From a virus (Duplodnaviria; Heunggongvirae; Uroviricota; Caudoviricetes), in the IMG/VR virus record IMGVR_UViG_3300010049_000009, positions 64,001 through 128,000 of that record: a stretch of DNA of 64,000 bases, one strand, 5' to 3'. This document shows, one piece after another, positions 27,626 through 37,442 of the stretch. How positions within the stretch are numbered: position 1 is the stretch's first letter; every line of letters starts with the position of its first letter. The notes beneath the pieces were generated by a model, which worked only from the letters and a program-made list of their open reading frames with translations, was not told the origin of the DNA and searched no databases. The position numbers and the translations under genes were made by a program.

Positions 27626-30509
27626 TCATATTCCCCTTTAAATCAAAATGTGCTTTTTCTCTTTTTAATGTAACTTCAATAGTTGAATCATTTATGAGTT
27701 GGAGGTTATCGTATGAATCGGGTAATATTATATTACCTTGTAGGTCGGCAACCTTGTATTGTGAATTAAAATATGTTCCGGTTGTGCTCAAAAAATAACA
27801 AACCTTTTCAAATGATATTCTATCATATTCAAATGGTATTATTTCTTGACCTTGTGGGTTTATCACACCTAATTTTTGATTACCAAATGTTGCAATATAA
27901 TTATCATCAACTACGTCTTCGGCTGAATAATAGTCTTGTACTATGTAGGAGTAGATAAACGGTATTATAATGTTACCGTTATAATCCACCACACCCCACT
28001 TATCATCCGGTCTATATACAATATAATTTCCGTCTGTGGTTTTTGATGAACCAATACTATCATTTATGGAAGAACCTTCACGTGGCATTAGTGGTAGTAT
28101 AACCCCACCCTCTTTGTTTAAAAGACCAACCTCATTGTCACGAGAAACTAAAAATGTATCATTTCGGGGTTTGCATTTTACATTCACCGATGTTACATGT
28201 CTTACCGAATCGTATATCAAACGAGCATAATATATCCAACGCAAATTATCTTTAAAAAACTTTTTAAGTGTTTCTGTTGCATTGATATTATCTAAAATGG
28301 GGGAATTTATTATTTTGTGATTGTCGGCAGTTGTGAAACTTCCACCGTCATTATAGAATTGAAGGTGGTATCTTTGTTTAACTTCTTTATCCTTCACAAT
28401 GTAAGTTTGTTCATCTCTTTCGGGTACTAACACTTCAAACTTCTTATCTTCATATATTTTAGTGATTGTTATTGGTTGGAAAACATTGTAAAAGTTTGCC
28501 CCAATCAAATCACTTATTTCGGTAGTAGTCATTATATTGTCATTACCACCGTTTGCGTGATTCCACCTTGTGGTAACAGTATTTAACGCACCTTCATCAT
28601 CAACGCTTACCGCAATCATACTTAAACCATATTCGTCTAACGGACAATCTTTACCTTGTTCTTTTGGTGTGATTTCAAACCCTTCTTTTGTTAAAACATA
28701 AAATTTACATAACCCACCTTTGGTGTATGCTTCATATGATCCTTGTGTTATACACCATTCGGCGTATTTAGCGAATTGAAATACATCCGATTCTTGATTT
28801 ATTGGGGTAATTTTATACCCATTATATCCACCACGATTCTCATATTGTTTTTGGTTTGCTTTATCTTTTTCCAATTCATATTTTGCAACGGTTTTAAAAC
28901 GATCAACAAAATCACCCGCCGACATACCATTCAAATTGTGGTCATATTCATCTTCATGTCCCGCTAAAAATTTGAGTGTTTTATTTACAATAAGGAATTG
29001 TTCGGCGTTGAGAATTTGTCTTTCAACATACATTCTACATATCCCAAGTAAATATTTTGCATCATAAAGTCTTGAATTGGGTATATCGTGTCTTACACTA
29101 TTTACTATTCTTATTGCTTCTTCTTCTGTGTTATCGTAGTGGTCTCGTAAAAATTTTCTTGCCCTTGAAAGATTCTTACTTTCACGATTTTCGGATAACA
29201 TATGGGATTTTTTTATAATCGGTATTGGGTCTTTTAGTGGTTTTTTCGCAAGTGGTAGTGGTTCTTTTTTTGGTTCTTCGATTTTCAAATCGTTAATATA
29301 TGGAAATATAGCGGTGTCGGTAGCACTAATTATTGTTGTACCATAAACATAATTTTTATATCTAGCAAGAATTAAATATCTTGCCACTTGGTCTTTTTCT
29401 AATACAATATATGTTTGATCACCAAGTGTGAACTTCCTTTTAGGTTGTTTTTGTACTATACCATCAACCTTTCCGTGTGCAATATCCTTTTGGAAGTCTT
29501 TGGTCAAATCTAATACATAATATAAATTCTTTATTGGTTGCCTACAATCATTAATTACCAATGTTACTTTTTTACCTCTGTAATCATAATCACGTATAAT
29601 ATAATACGACCAATGGTCTGAACCCCTTGTTGCTGTTTTTACATTACCATCAGGTGGTGTTTGATAGTATTCGGAAGGATAACCTTCCCCACGCTTACCT
29701 GATTTTTGGTGATAAAAAACTAACTCCCCACCTTCATTATACCATTCTTCAACAGTTCCTGTTCTATCTGACGTATTTATTGTATGATAACTAACATTGT
29801 CTGTGTATTTTGGTGTACCATCAGAATCATAAGTGAACAGATAAAGACCTCTTTCAACCTGTTTATCGTATGGTATTTGTTTAATTTCGTTCAATATATT
29901 TTGTATGGGGTCTACGCCCTCTGTCAATGTTGTTCGACACACCTCTACATTGATTAATCTTCCGGGTGTTTCAACAAATATTTCATTTTCATTAAAATCA
30001 TCATTGAACTTGGTTTCATCGTTGTTGTCTTGTATATATCTACTGATAGTTTCAACCCAATCAACTGCATCAAAAGGACACTCCGCCTTTAATATTGTGT
30101 TACCTGAATCACCCCACAATGAACTACCAAAACTAATAGCACTATCATGGTCGAATGTCCAACTATTACCCACTAAATCATTTCTTTGTATATCTGTTAA
30201 TTTATCCACATTAATACTTCGCCACACAGGAAATGGGTTTTCAAAACTTGCAAATTTTTGACAAATTGCTGTTATTTGTTCTTCCGCGTCTTCTTCACTT
30301 GTAAATGGGTAGATACCTTCACCATTTTCCATATCATCTTCCGCACCGGGGTACAACCCATGAAATGGACCTGATTGTAACATATGTGTTTTAACACCCT
30401 CAATGGTTACACCCAATTTATTACAACATAACTCATTAGCAAGTGATTCTTGAATGAGTTTTATTTGTTTTTCAGATATTATTATCGTTCTTTTTTGTTT
30501 ATTAAACAT
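27609..30509 (-). CDS. Multidomain protein: R-S-E ADP-ribosyltransferase-like domain, PcfJ-like (WC[IT]) domain, WG repeats
   Basis: VWR...GNSWT...ENEIFV; YAEWCITQG; C-terminal KWGVVDYNGNIIIPFIY repeats; ISEKQ leader. Confidence 0.7.
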   Translation of the reverse strand: MFNKQKRTIIISEKQIKLIQESLANELCCNKLGVTIEGVKTHMLQSGPFHGLYPGAEDDMENGEGIYPFTSEEDAEEQITAICQKFASFENPFPVWRSINVDKLTDIQRNDLVGNSWTFDHDSAISFGSSLWGDSGNTILKAECPFDAVDWVETISRYIQDNNDETKFNDDFNENEIFVETPGRLINVEVCRTTLTEGVDPIQNILNEIKQIPYDKQVERGLYLFTYDSDGTPKYTDNVSYHTINTSDRTGTVEEWYNEGGELVFYHQKSGKRGEGYPSEYYQTPPDGNVKTATRGSDHWSYYIIRDYDYRGKKVTLVINDCRQPIKNLYYVLDLTKDFQKDIAHGKVDGIVQKQPKRKFTLGDQTYIVLEKDQVARYLILARYKNYVYGTTIISATDTAIFPYINDLKIEEPKKEPLPLAKKPLKDPIPIIKKSHMLSENRESKNLSRARKFLRDHYDNTEEEAIRIVNSVRHDIPNSRLYDAKYLLGICRMYVERQILNAEQFLIVNKTLKFLAGHEDEYDHNLNGMSAGDFVDRFKTVAKYELEKDKANQKQYENRGGYNGYKITPINQESDVFQFAKYAEWCITQGSYEAYTKGGLCKFYVLTKEGFEITPKEQGKDCPLDEYGLSMIAVSVDDEGALNTVTTRWNHANGGNDNIMTTTEISDLIGANFYNVFQPITITKIYEDKKFEVLVPERDEQTYIVKDKEVKQRYHLQFYNDGGSFTTADNHKIINSPILDNINATETLKKFFKDNLRWIYYARLIYDSVRHVTSVNVKCKPRNDTFLVSRDNEVGLLNKEGGVILPLMPREGSSINDSIGSSKTTDGNYIVYRPDDKWGVVDYNGNIIIPFIYSYIVQDYYSAEDVVDDNYIATFGNQKLGVINPQGQEIIPFEYDRISFEKVCYFLSTTGTYFNSQYKVADLQGNIILPDSYDNLQLINDSTIEVTLKREKAHFDLKGNMIKDWF

Positions 30510-30558
30510 ATTTATTGTCTATTTACATAAATAGAATATACATTTAAAATTAAAAACA

Positions 30559-31113
30559 ATGCAAAAAAAGATTATAACTACAATCTGTATTATAGCAGTT
30601 GTAGTTTTGACCTCCATTGTGTTTAAATACACACAAAAACTCCGAAACGACCTTATTACCGCCCAAAATACACAGGTCGAACTAATGCGAAAAATAAAAT
30701 ATCTTCAAGATAACGAAAGGGATAGAATTGATGTTGCAGTTGAAAATATCATACAGAGCGAAATTGAGTGGTTGTTATTAAAAATAGCAATATGTGTAGT
30801 TGAAAGTAGGTTGAACCCCCTGGCTGTTGGAAGATTGGGGGATGGTGGTTTATACCAACATTTACCTCTTCGTTTAAACGGGCATACAAGGGAAGCAAAC
30901 CGACTACAAGATACTATTGTATTTACCGATGCTTGTAGGTTTGACCCACTGTTATCAACTAAAATCTTCGAGATAGTTAATAGACATCATAACCCAAATA
31001 GATGTATTGAAAGGGCAATCACATTACATAATTCGGGTGGTGGTAGAACATATCGAAACGCTGTAATGCGGGAGTTTGAGATATTAAAAGCAATTTATTA
31101 TACAATAGATTAA
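30559..31113 (+). CDS. Lytic transglycosylase (SLT-like) with N-terminal membrane anchor
   Basis: AICVVESRLNPLAVG..GDGGLYQ; N-terminal hydrophobic helix plus coiled coil. Confidence 0.75.
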   Translation: MQKKIITTICIIAVVVLTSIVFKYTQKLRNDLITAQNTQVELMRKIKYLQDNERDRIDVAVENIIQSEIEWLLLKIAICVVESRLNPLAVGRLGDGGLYQHLPLRLNGHTREANRLQDTIVFTDACRFDPLLSTKIFEIVNRHHNPNRCIERAITLHNSGGGRTYRNAVMREFEILKAIYYTID

Positions 31114-31146
31114 AATAGTTTTTTCTATTTATAATAAAATTCATTA

Positions 31147-32409
31147 ATGAGGGTTAGAATAACAGAAAATCAGTTACGGAAAATAATCAGTGAACTTATT
31201 TTGGAATCGTCAATGTCAGCGAAGGAAATATACCAAAAACATTATAAGGATATTTCCGAAGATGTTTTTACCAAAATAGTTAGTGCTGATATTGTTACAA
31301 GTAATTTGGAAAGAGATAAATTGGGTGGTTACGCAAAGTGGTTGCTTAAAATATACGCAATGGGTAATTTGAAATTAGAGGATTTGTATAAAGCCAAAGA
31401 ATATATTCCCACTTTTCATAAATTGAGTAAATCCAATAAACTTCAACAAAAAGATATTAACTTGTATAAAAAATTATCTGATATGTATGTTGCTATCAAA
31501 CCATATTTAGAAGGTGGGGAAGCAACCTCAAAAGGTGATGAAATCAGAAAAATTAAACACGAAGGCGCAGATAAATTGTATGAAGATGCGAAATTTATAT
31601 TTCTACATATAAAAACGTGGGAAGCAGCAAAATACTACGGTAAAAACACCGAATGGTGTACCGCCTCAAACGATGATAGAAGTTATTTTGATCATTACAA
31701 TAGTGAAGGTGAACTTTATATCATAATAGATAAAACACAAAATCGTAAATATCAATTCTATTTTGAAGATGAAGAAATTGGTCAATTTATGGATGAAAAT
31801 GATAGCGAAGTATCACAACCAATTCTTTCAAATATCGGCGCAACAGAAGGTTTAAAAAATTTCCTTAAAGAATTTAATCCCCAATATTATTTAGAATTAC
31901 AGTTTGAATTGGCGGTAGACCACAATGACAAATTTCTTGTTAAAATAGATGGTAAATCCGCATATTTGGATAAAGAATATAACCGACTAACACCATTTTA
32001 CGATTCTATAACCGGCCCACTTGGTGGTGGTGTATATCGTGTTAGAAATGGTGAAAAAAATGGATTTTTGGATTCTAAATACAATATTATTGTTCCAATA
32101 GAATATAAATTTTATTCATTGGGGGGTGCTGTTTATAGTAAAGAACCAAATAGTGATAAAGATTATTTAGTCGTTGGGAATGATAATAAATGGGGTTATA
32201 TGGAAACCATGAATGGTAGATTTCTTATCGAACCAAAATACGATTATTTGTCAAGTATAGGTGTTGAACCACTTATTTTTATGGCAAGATTAAATAATAG
32301 GTGGGGGTTAGTAGATAGTAATGGTAAAATTTTAGTTCCACTTGTATTTGACGACAAATGGGGATTAATGCGTTCCAAAGAATATCAAAAATATGATCCC
32401 GATAACTAA
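31147..32409 (+). CDS. Leader-bearing PcfJ-like (WCT) domain protein with WG repeats
   Basis: MRVRITENQLRKIISE leader; GKNTEWCTAS..YF.HY; KWGYM, RWGLVDSNGKILVP. Confidence 0.7.
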   Translation: MRVRITENQLRKIISELILESSMSAKEIYQKHYKDISEDVFTKIVSADIVTSNLERDKLGGYAKWLLKIYAMGNLKLEDLYKAKEYIPTFHKLSKSNKLQQKDINLYKKLSDMYVAIKPYLEGGEATSKGDEIRKIKHEGADKLYEDAKFIFLHIKTWEAAKYYGKNTEWCTASNDDRSYFDHYNSEGELYIIIDKTQNRKYQFYFEDEEIGQFMDENDSEVSQPILSNIGATEGLKNFLKEFNPQYYLELQFELAVDHNDKFLVKIDGKSAYLDKEYNRLTPFYDSITGPLGGGVYRVRNGEKNGFLDSKYNIIVPIEYKFYSLGGAVYSKEPNSDKDYLVVGNDNKWGYMETMNGRFLIEPKYDYLSSIGVEPLIFMARLNNRWGLVDSNGKILVPLVFDDKWGLMRSKEYQKYDPDN

Positions 32410-32411
32410 TC

Positions 32412-32458
32412 AAAAAGGACTATTTAAGTGCTAAAATGACCCTTAAATAATCCTTTTT
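32412..32458. terminator. Bidirectional terminator between convergent genes
   Basis: AAAAAGGAcTATTTAAG...CTTAAATAaTCCTTTTT inverted repeat. Confidence 0.7.
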
Positions 32459-32477
32459 TTATATTTATGTGGTATTT

Positions 32478-34145
32478 TTATACCACACCATATTTTTCCT
32501 TCAATTGTCTAATTTCTTCTTGCAATTCTTTTTCACGTCTTCTCGATTCTTCTTGTGTTGCTTGCATTTCTTCCATATTTTGACGCAATTCTTCTTCGGC
32601 GTTTGCCATTTCTTCTGTTTGCATCCTTGTTTGGTTGAGCAACTGTTCTGTTCGGATATTGATTCTAACTGTTGAAATTGTAGAAGCAATACTTTCACTT
32701 ACCTTCTTAACGAAATCAATCTTATATGGTTCAAGTTTTTCAAAGGCAGCAAACTCTATAACACCATATATCACATTATTTACCTTTAATGGGCAAATCA
32801 ACACACATTTTGGGGCAGCATCACCCAATCCCGATGTTATGTTAATGTAATTTTCGGGTACGTCTGTTATGTATATAATGTCACCTTCAAGATAACAAGC
32901 ACCTACCAACCCCTCACCCGGATTAATGGTTTTTTCTGTGAATTTTTTGCGGTCAAATGCGTAACACCCCTTCAATTCCAATACTTTTTCTTCATTTTCT
33001 TCTGTTGTATTCAGTATGAATATTCCACCCTGATTTACACCCAAATATTTAACCAAATTACTAATAATATTGTATGACAGTGCTTCTAAATCACTATTGT
33101 CTTGACGAAGTATTTCGGCAAACTTTGCGATACCCGATGTGCCCCAATTTCTTTCTTCTTCTTCCTTTGCTCTAATACCCCTTTCGGTTTCAGCATCACG
33201 AATGTTTTTTCTCATTTCAAGTAACGAATTACCCAACATATCCACCTCACTCATAGGTTGAAATTCTCTATCCAAATTTCCTTCCCCAATATCTTGGGCA
33301 AAACGGGTTGTTTCCTTTATACCCTCAACCAATTGTTTTAATTCGTTCTTCATTGTACCAATTTCATCAAGAACCTTACTTTCTTCTATATCAAGGTTGG
33401 AATCACCTACCGATAACTTTCGGATTATAGCAGTAACGTCTTTTATGGGTTTGATTAATATGTAATTGAAACTTGTAAAGTTCACCGCCAACAATATTAT
33501 TAAAATAGTAACCGCTATTATACTAATAATAATCATTTGGGTTTTACTATTTTGACTAATAGTGATTTTTATTTTGGTCATATCTATACCTATGAATAAT
33601 ATACCAATTACATCCTTTGTGTTGGGACTAAATATTGGGTTGTATATAACTAAACAATTCATTCCGAATATGTTTGCTGTTCCATAAAATCTTTCTCCCG
33701 CCTGCATACTTGAAAATGCTACGTGGGTGTTTCCTAAATGTGTATCCACCATTCTTTTTCCCTCATTATCTCTAATGTTGGTGGTAACTCTTCGGTAATC
33801 ACTACCTTCTCTAACAAATATGGTTGTGAGCGCACCGCCCATATTTTCATACATTCTATCCACAAGAGTATAATCATAATGTATGGAAGAATCGTTTTCG
33901 GATACAAGCATCCTGTTCCTTAATCTTAATGTACCGTATTGGTTTTCAATAAGATTCTCAAAATACAACATATCATCTCGAAGTTTGTCGTATCCCATTA
34001 TGGTAGCGGTTTCCATACTTGAATTACGTGTCGAATTGATACTTATTATTGATAGTATAACTATCGCCGCTACTGTAAATATCGTTGATATACTTAACAA
34101 TTTTGTTAATATACCGCCTTTTTGTTTGATAAGTTTAACTTTCAT
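32478..34145 (-). CDS. Membrane sensor: TM-Cache-TM-HAMP-GAF-coiled coil, no output domain
   Basis: TIFVREG.DYRRVTTNI..EGKRMVDT (Cache); DEIGTM (HAMP); YLGVNQGGIF, GEGLVG.CY, LICPLK..VIEFAAF (GAF). Confidence 0.85.
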   Translation of the reverse strand: MKVKLIKQKGGILTKLLSISTIFTVAAIVILSIISINSTRNSSMETATIMGYDKLRDDMLYFENLIENQYGTLRLRNRMLVSENDSSIHYDYTLVDRMYENMGGALTTIFVREGSDYRRVTTNIRDNEGKRMVDTHLGNTHVAFSSMQAGERFYGTANIFGMNCLVIYNPIFSPNTKDVIGILFIGIDMTKIKITISQNSKTQMIIISIIAVTILIILLAVNFTSFNYILIKPIKDVTAIIRKLSVGDSNLDIEESKVLDEIGTMKNELKQLVEGIKETTRFAQDIGEGNLDREFQPMSEVDMLGNSLLEMRKNIRDAETERGIRAKEEEERNWGTSGIAKFAEILRQDNSDLEALSYNIISNLVKYLGVNQGGIFILNTTEENEEKVLELKGCYAFDRKKFTEKTINPGEGLVGACYLEGDIIYITDVPENYINITSGLGDAAPKCVLICPLKVNNVIYGVIEFAAFEKLEPYKIDFVKKVSESIASTISTVRINIRTEQLLNQTRMQTEEMANAEEELRQNMEEMQATQEESRRREKELQEEIRQLKEKYGVV

Positions 34146-34239
34146 GTTACTAAATATTATTAATTGAAATTCCTTTATAAATAGAAATTTTTATCACAAA
34201 ATTTTGGGTTTTTGACCATTTTAGTCAATAAAAATAGAA

Positions 34240-34273
34240 AAAACCACAATATTTGTAACAATATTGTGGTTTT
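34240..34273 (-). terminator. Rho-independent terminator
   Basis: Perfect 14-bp inverted repeat AAAACCACAATATT-tgtaac-AATATTGTGGTTTT. Confidence 0.75.
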
Positions 34274-34291
34274 CCTGATTATAATTTTTTT

Positions 34292-34570
34292 TTACAAATT
34301 TAACTTTTTATGATATTTTCTTGGGGTTAATAAATAGAAATTGTTTTCATCATCCATATCGAACAAATGATTTTCCCCCACCAACGTATCCCAATATGTT
34401 TTGTACACTTCCACAGCAATAGGGTCTTGTAATTTACTAAACTGTATTGAATACGTTTTACTTTGGGTTTCATATTCACCACAACTAAACCTTCGGAAAT
34501 TTAATTTGAATACTATCCCACTTTGATCGGGTTCCTCTACCTTTTGGTAGGAGTATAATTGGTACATCAT
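34292..34570 (-). CDS. Hypothetical protein
   Basis: 92 aa ORF. Confidence 0.7.
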   Translation of the reverse strand: MMYQLYSYQKVEEPDQSGIVFKLNFRRFSCGEYETQSKTYSIQFSKLQDPIAVEVYKTYWDTLVGENHLFDMDDENNFYLLTPRKYHKKLNL

Positions 34571-35094
34571 AATATTGGTATGGTTCTTTGTGAAATATGT
34601 TTATATATTATACCGTCACATTTACAAGCATTGGGTCCACAATGGATACAGTTTTGGTTGTGCCAATGATATTTTAACACTTGTGTCGGCGCATATCCCT
34701 GTGCTGCAAATATACCGGACACTAATTTTTCATTACGATCCCATAGTATGGCGTATGAATATTGGAATCCCATTTTATTGAGTTCTTCTTGGGCATATTT
34801 TAACAAATCGGTTGCAATACCCATTTTACGACATAGTGTATCTACTGCTATTGTTTTTATGAAACCCACACCAAATCCTGGTTTTTCAACAGTTTCTTTA
34901 CCCTTATATAGAACAAATCCACAAATTTTACCTGTCGGTAGTTTTACCACACCACACTCATATTCTTCCGTGATTTCTTCCCTACATAGATAATTTTCTC
35001 CGAAACATCTATTTGTTATATCCATTACCCCCTCTACTTCGGATTCGCAATGAATATCTAATTTACACACATACCAATTATACATATTTTTCAT
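34567..35094 (-). CDS. GNAT-family acetyltransferase
   Basis: IKTIAVDTLCRKMGIATDLL (motif A); QGY. Confidence 0.85.
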   Translation of the reverse strand: MKNMYNWYVCKLDIHCESEVEGVMDITNRCFGENYLCREEITEEYECGVVKLPTGKICGFVLYKGKETVEKPGFGVGFIKTIAVDTLCRKMGIATDLLKYAQEELNKMGFQYSYAILWDRNEKLVSGIFAAQGYAPTQVLKYHWHNQNCIHCGPNACKCDGIIYKHISQRTIPIL

Positions 35095-35097
35095 TTT

Positions 35098-35706
35098 TTA
35101 TATTTCTTCATCCGGTTTTGTTATGAAAGTATCAGTGAAACATTTTTCACAATATTCGTCATTGAGATATTTACAAGAACTTTCATATTTCAATTCTTCA
35201 CCACACATACAACAAATAGTGTTAAAGTTGGGTAAACTTGACATTTCTTCTATCCAAAATTGTAATTTGCGATAGATTTCTTTGTACGCAGAGGTAGGAA
35301 TTTTATATGTTTTCATAACTTCCATACCAAACAACCACTTCACTTTGATATAATCAAAATCACTTACACCTATTCTTTCTTTACCATCTATTTTGGTAAT
35401 AGATAAAATCGGTGAACCACTCCTCAGTGTGTCATTCAATGTTGCCACTTGTGGTATATTGTGTTGAAATATCAAATATTCCATATTGTTGAAGTTTATG
35501 AGAAAAGTGTCACCAACCATTGAGTTGAGTTTGCGACATATTTCGTCTTTCACCCTCATTTCTTTTAACCTTAACGCTTCTTCTTCAAGTTCCTCTGTTA
35601 ATTTATGTTCCATAAACTCTTCAAAACTTTTTGTTTTCCATTTGAGAATATCCTCATCCGTAACGTGTAACGTTATAACTCTTTGTTTATTCATCGTCTG
35701 TTTCAT
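35098..35706 (-). CDS. Hypothetical protein with C-terminal CxxC...CxxC
   Basis: CCMCG...CEKC. Confidence 0.7.
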   Translation of the reverse strand: MKQTMNKQRVITLHVTDEDILKWKTKSFEEFMEHKLTEELEEEALRLKEMRVKDEICRKLNSMVGDTFLINFNNMEYLIFQHNIPQVATLNDTLRSGSPILSITKIDGKERIGVSDFDYIKVKWLFGMEVMKTYKIPTSAYKEIYRKLQFWIEEMSSLPNFNTICCMCGEELKYESSCKYLNDEYCEKCFTDTFITKPDEEI

Positions 35707-35732
35707 TTATTAATTATTTGTTTTTGTTTTTA

Positions 35733-35760
35733 AATAAATGTCCTGCATATTAATCCGATC
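35733..35760 (-). promoter_or_regulatory. Bipartite phage promoter motif (variant)
   Basis: GATCGGA-N15-TTTATT, lying inside a 12-bp inverted repeat. Confidence 0.65.
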
Positions 35761-35875
35761 TCAATTTCTCTCAATCAGGACAACCATGCAGGACATTCAA
35801 TTTTATTCCACCCTAATATTCAACATATTATTCGTTTGAATCGGGACAAAATGCGGGACAAAATTTATCCTCTAA

Positions 35876-36304
35876 TCAAAATTTCTGTTCTTCGGAAACA
35901 AATTCGATTGGTAACACCACGTTTTTGGGTCTATGAATTTCATTTTCTAAAAATAATGGTGCTATATCCGCAACTGTCCACCCAGCTAATCCACACCCAA
36001 TTTTGGTCATATAAAACACTAATTCGCTGTTTTCGCCGGCAAATTTATAGAAATTGAGTAAGTGTGTTGTGATTTCATGTAAGGGTAGTGGTTCTAATGT
36101 ATCTTTACCTATCCATGAACAAGTTGGTAGGGCGTAGGATTGACCTTGTAACCCAATACCCACTCCATAAACCGCACCAAAATTATCTTTGGCGGTGTGT
36201 GCTGCTCCACGGCGATGCCACCCTTGTAGGTTTGAACCGAACACAAATACTTCATTTGATTTCAATTCCGTAACATTTTCCGGTGTGTATTCTCTCATTA
36301 TCAT
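35876..36304 (-). CDS. A1S_2505-family (macro-like) phage protein
   Basis: TPENVTELKSNEVFVFGSN..G.H..GAA...FGA.YG.G.GLQGQSYALPT, TKIGCGLAG. Confidence 0.8.
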   Translation of the reverse strand: MIMREYTPENVTELKSNEVFVFGSNLQGWHRRGAAHTAKDNFGAVYGVGIGLQGQSYALPTCSWIGKDTLEPLPLHEITTHLLNFYKFAGENSELVFYMTKIGCGLAGWTVADIAPLFLENEIHRPKNVVLPIEFVSEEQKF

Positions 36305-36310
36305 ATCATT

Positions 36311-36700
36311 CTAATAATCATCACCATAATATCCAAATGCTATGACTTTGTCGCCGTTTGGTGTGGTGAAGGTATCATGAAATGTTTCATACGATTCCCC
36401 ACTACTATCATAACCCCACGTTTCATACGTACAAAGGTTGTGATTGTATAACATTTCCCCATATCTTTCAGAATCTGTTTCTGCTATATCTCTTATTGCT
36501 TCAACACTCATCATTTCCTTTTCGGCAATATATTCCATTGCTTGTTCAATGGTTATAAATCTTGCTCTTCCGGTTCCTTCGTTTTGAAGCATTGTTTCAC
36601 CTTTTTTAAAGGTAATCCACTGCTCTTCCATACACATTGTCAAAGAATGTGTAGAACTTGAATTTGTTTCAAATACTGAATTTCTAATTATTTTCTTCAT
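36311..36700 (-). CDS. FETNSSS-family protein
   Basis: MKKIIRNSVFETNSSSTHSL. Confidence 0.8.
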   Translation of the reverse strand: MKKIIRNSVFETNSSSTHSLTMCMEEQWITFKKGETMLQNEGTGRARFITIEQAMEYIAEKEMMSVEAIRDIAETDSERYGEMLYNHNLCTYETWGYDSSGESYETFHDTFTTPNGDKVIAFGYYGDDY

Positions 36701-36924
36701 CTTTTTTTATTTTTTAAATCATTATACGTTTGTCTTGATACATAATCACTCTTATCTTCGCAACCATAACAATACACATATTGTGTTCCGTCTTGTACTG
36801 CGCCAACTATTTCTTGACTGTTAATATTTACCCATCGTTGAACCAAAAGTTCTTCACAACCACACACTTCACACGCCCAAATAAGGTTGTCGGGTAATTT
36901 GGGTTTAGTAATCGTTTCCATCAA
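36697..36924 (-). CDS. Putative zinc-ribbon protein
   Basis: CEVC...CYGC. Confidence 0.65.
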   Translation of the reverse strand: MMETITKPKLPDNLIWACEVCGCEELLVQRWVNINSQEIVGAVQDGTQYVYCYGCEDKSDYVSRQTYNDLKNKKR

Positions 36925-37432
36925 TTATTTCAATATAACATTCACTATCTTTTACAACATCAAGAAATTTCTTAATTTCCATTTTTACTCTATCTATGTC
37001 TGTTGTTTCGTATTGAAGTAAATCCACAAGATTTGCCACGATTTCAACCGTTCCATTATCTGCGTATGGGCAAATACATTTTGTACCCATAACAACATCA
37101 CTATATGGTAGTAAAACTGTTGCGTATTCAATCGCTTTTTTAACAAGGGTTTCGGAAAAATCGGGGTTTTTTGATTGTAAATCCAAATTAGCATAGTTTA
37201 AATATAAAAATAAAACTGCTGCTTTTTCCGCTTGTGTGTGTGCTTTCCACCGTTTTCCGTTGAACATATCACCACTATCATATTCTTCCGAAAGTTTATA
37301 AAAAACATCGGGATACAATATGTTACCTTCGACTAACCCCTTTGGGTCGTCACTTCGCTTTTTGTAAATAGTCAAACTATGTGTGCTTGAACTATTTGTT
37401 TCAAATACTGAATTTCTAATTATCTTTTTCAT
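36905..37432 (-). CDS. FETNSSS-family protein
   Basis: Start placed at MKKIIRNSVFETNSSSTHSL by paralogy. Confidence 0.8.
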   Translation of the reverse strand: MKKIIRNSVFETNSSSTHSLTIYKKRSDDPKGLVEGNILYPDVFYKLSEEYDSGDMFNGKRWKAHTQAEKAAVLFLYLNYANLDLQSKNPDFSETLVKKAIEYATVLLPYSDVVMGTKCICPYADNGTVEIVANLVDLLQYETTDIDRVKMEIKKFLDVVKDSECYIEIIDGNDY

Positions 37433-37442
37433 TGTATACAAT

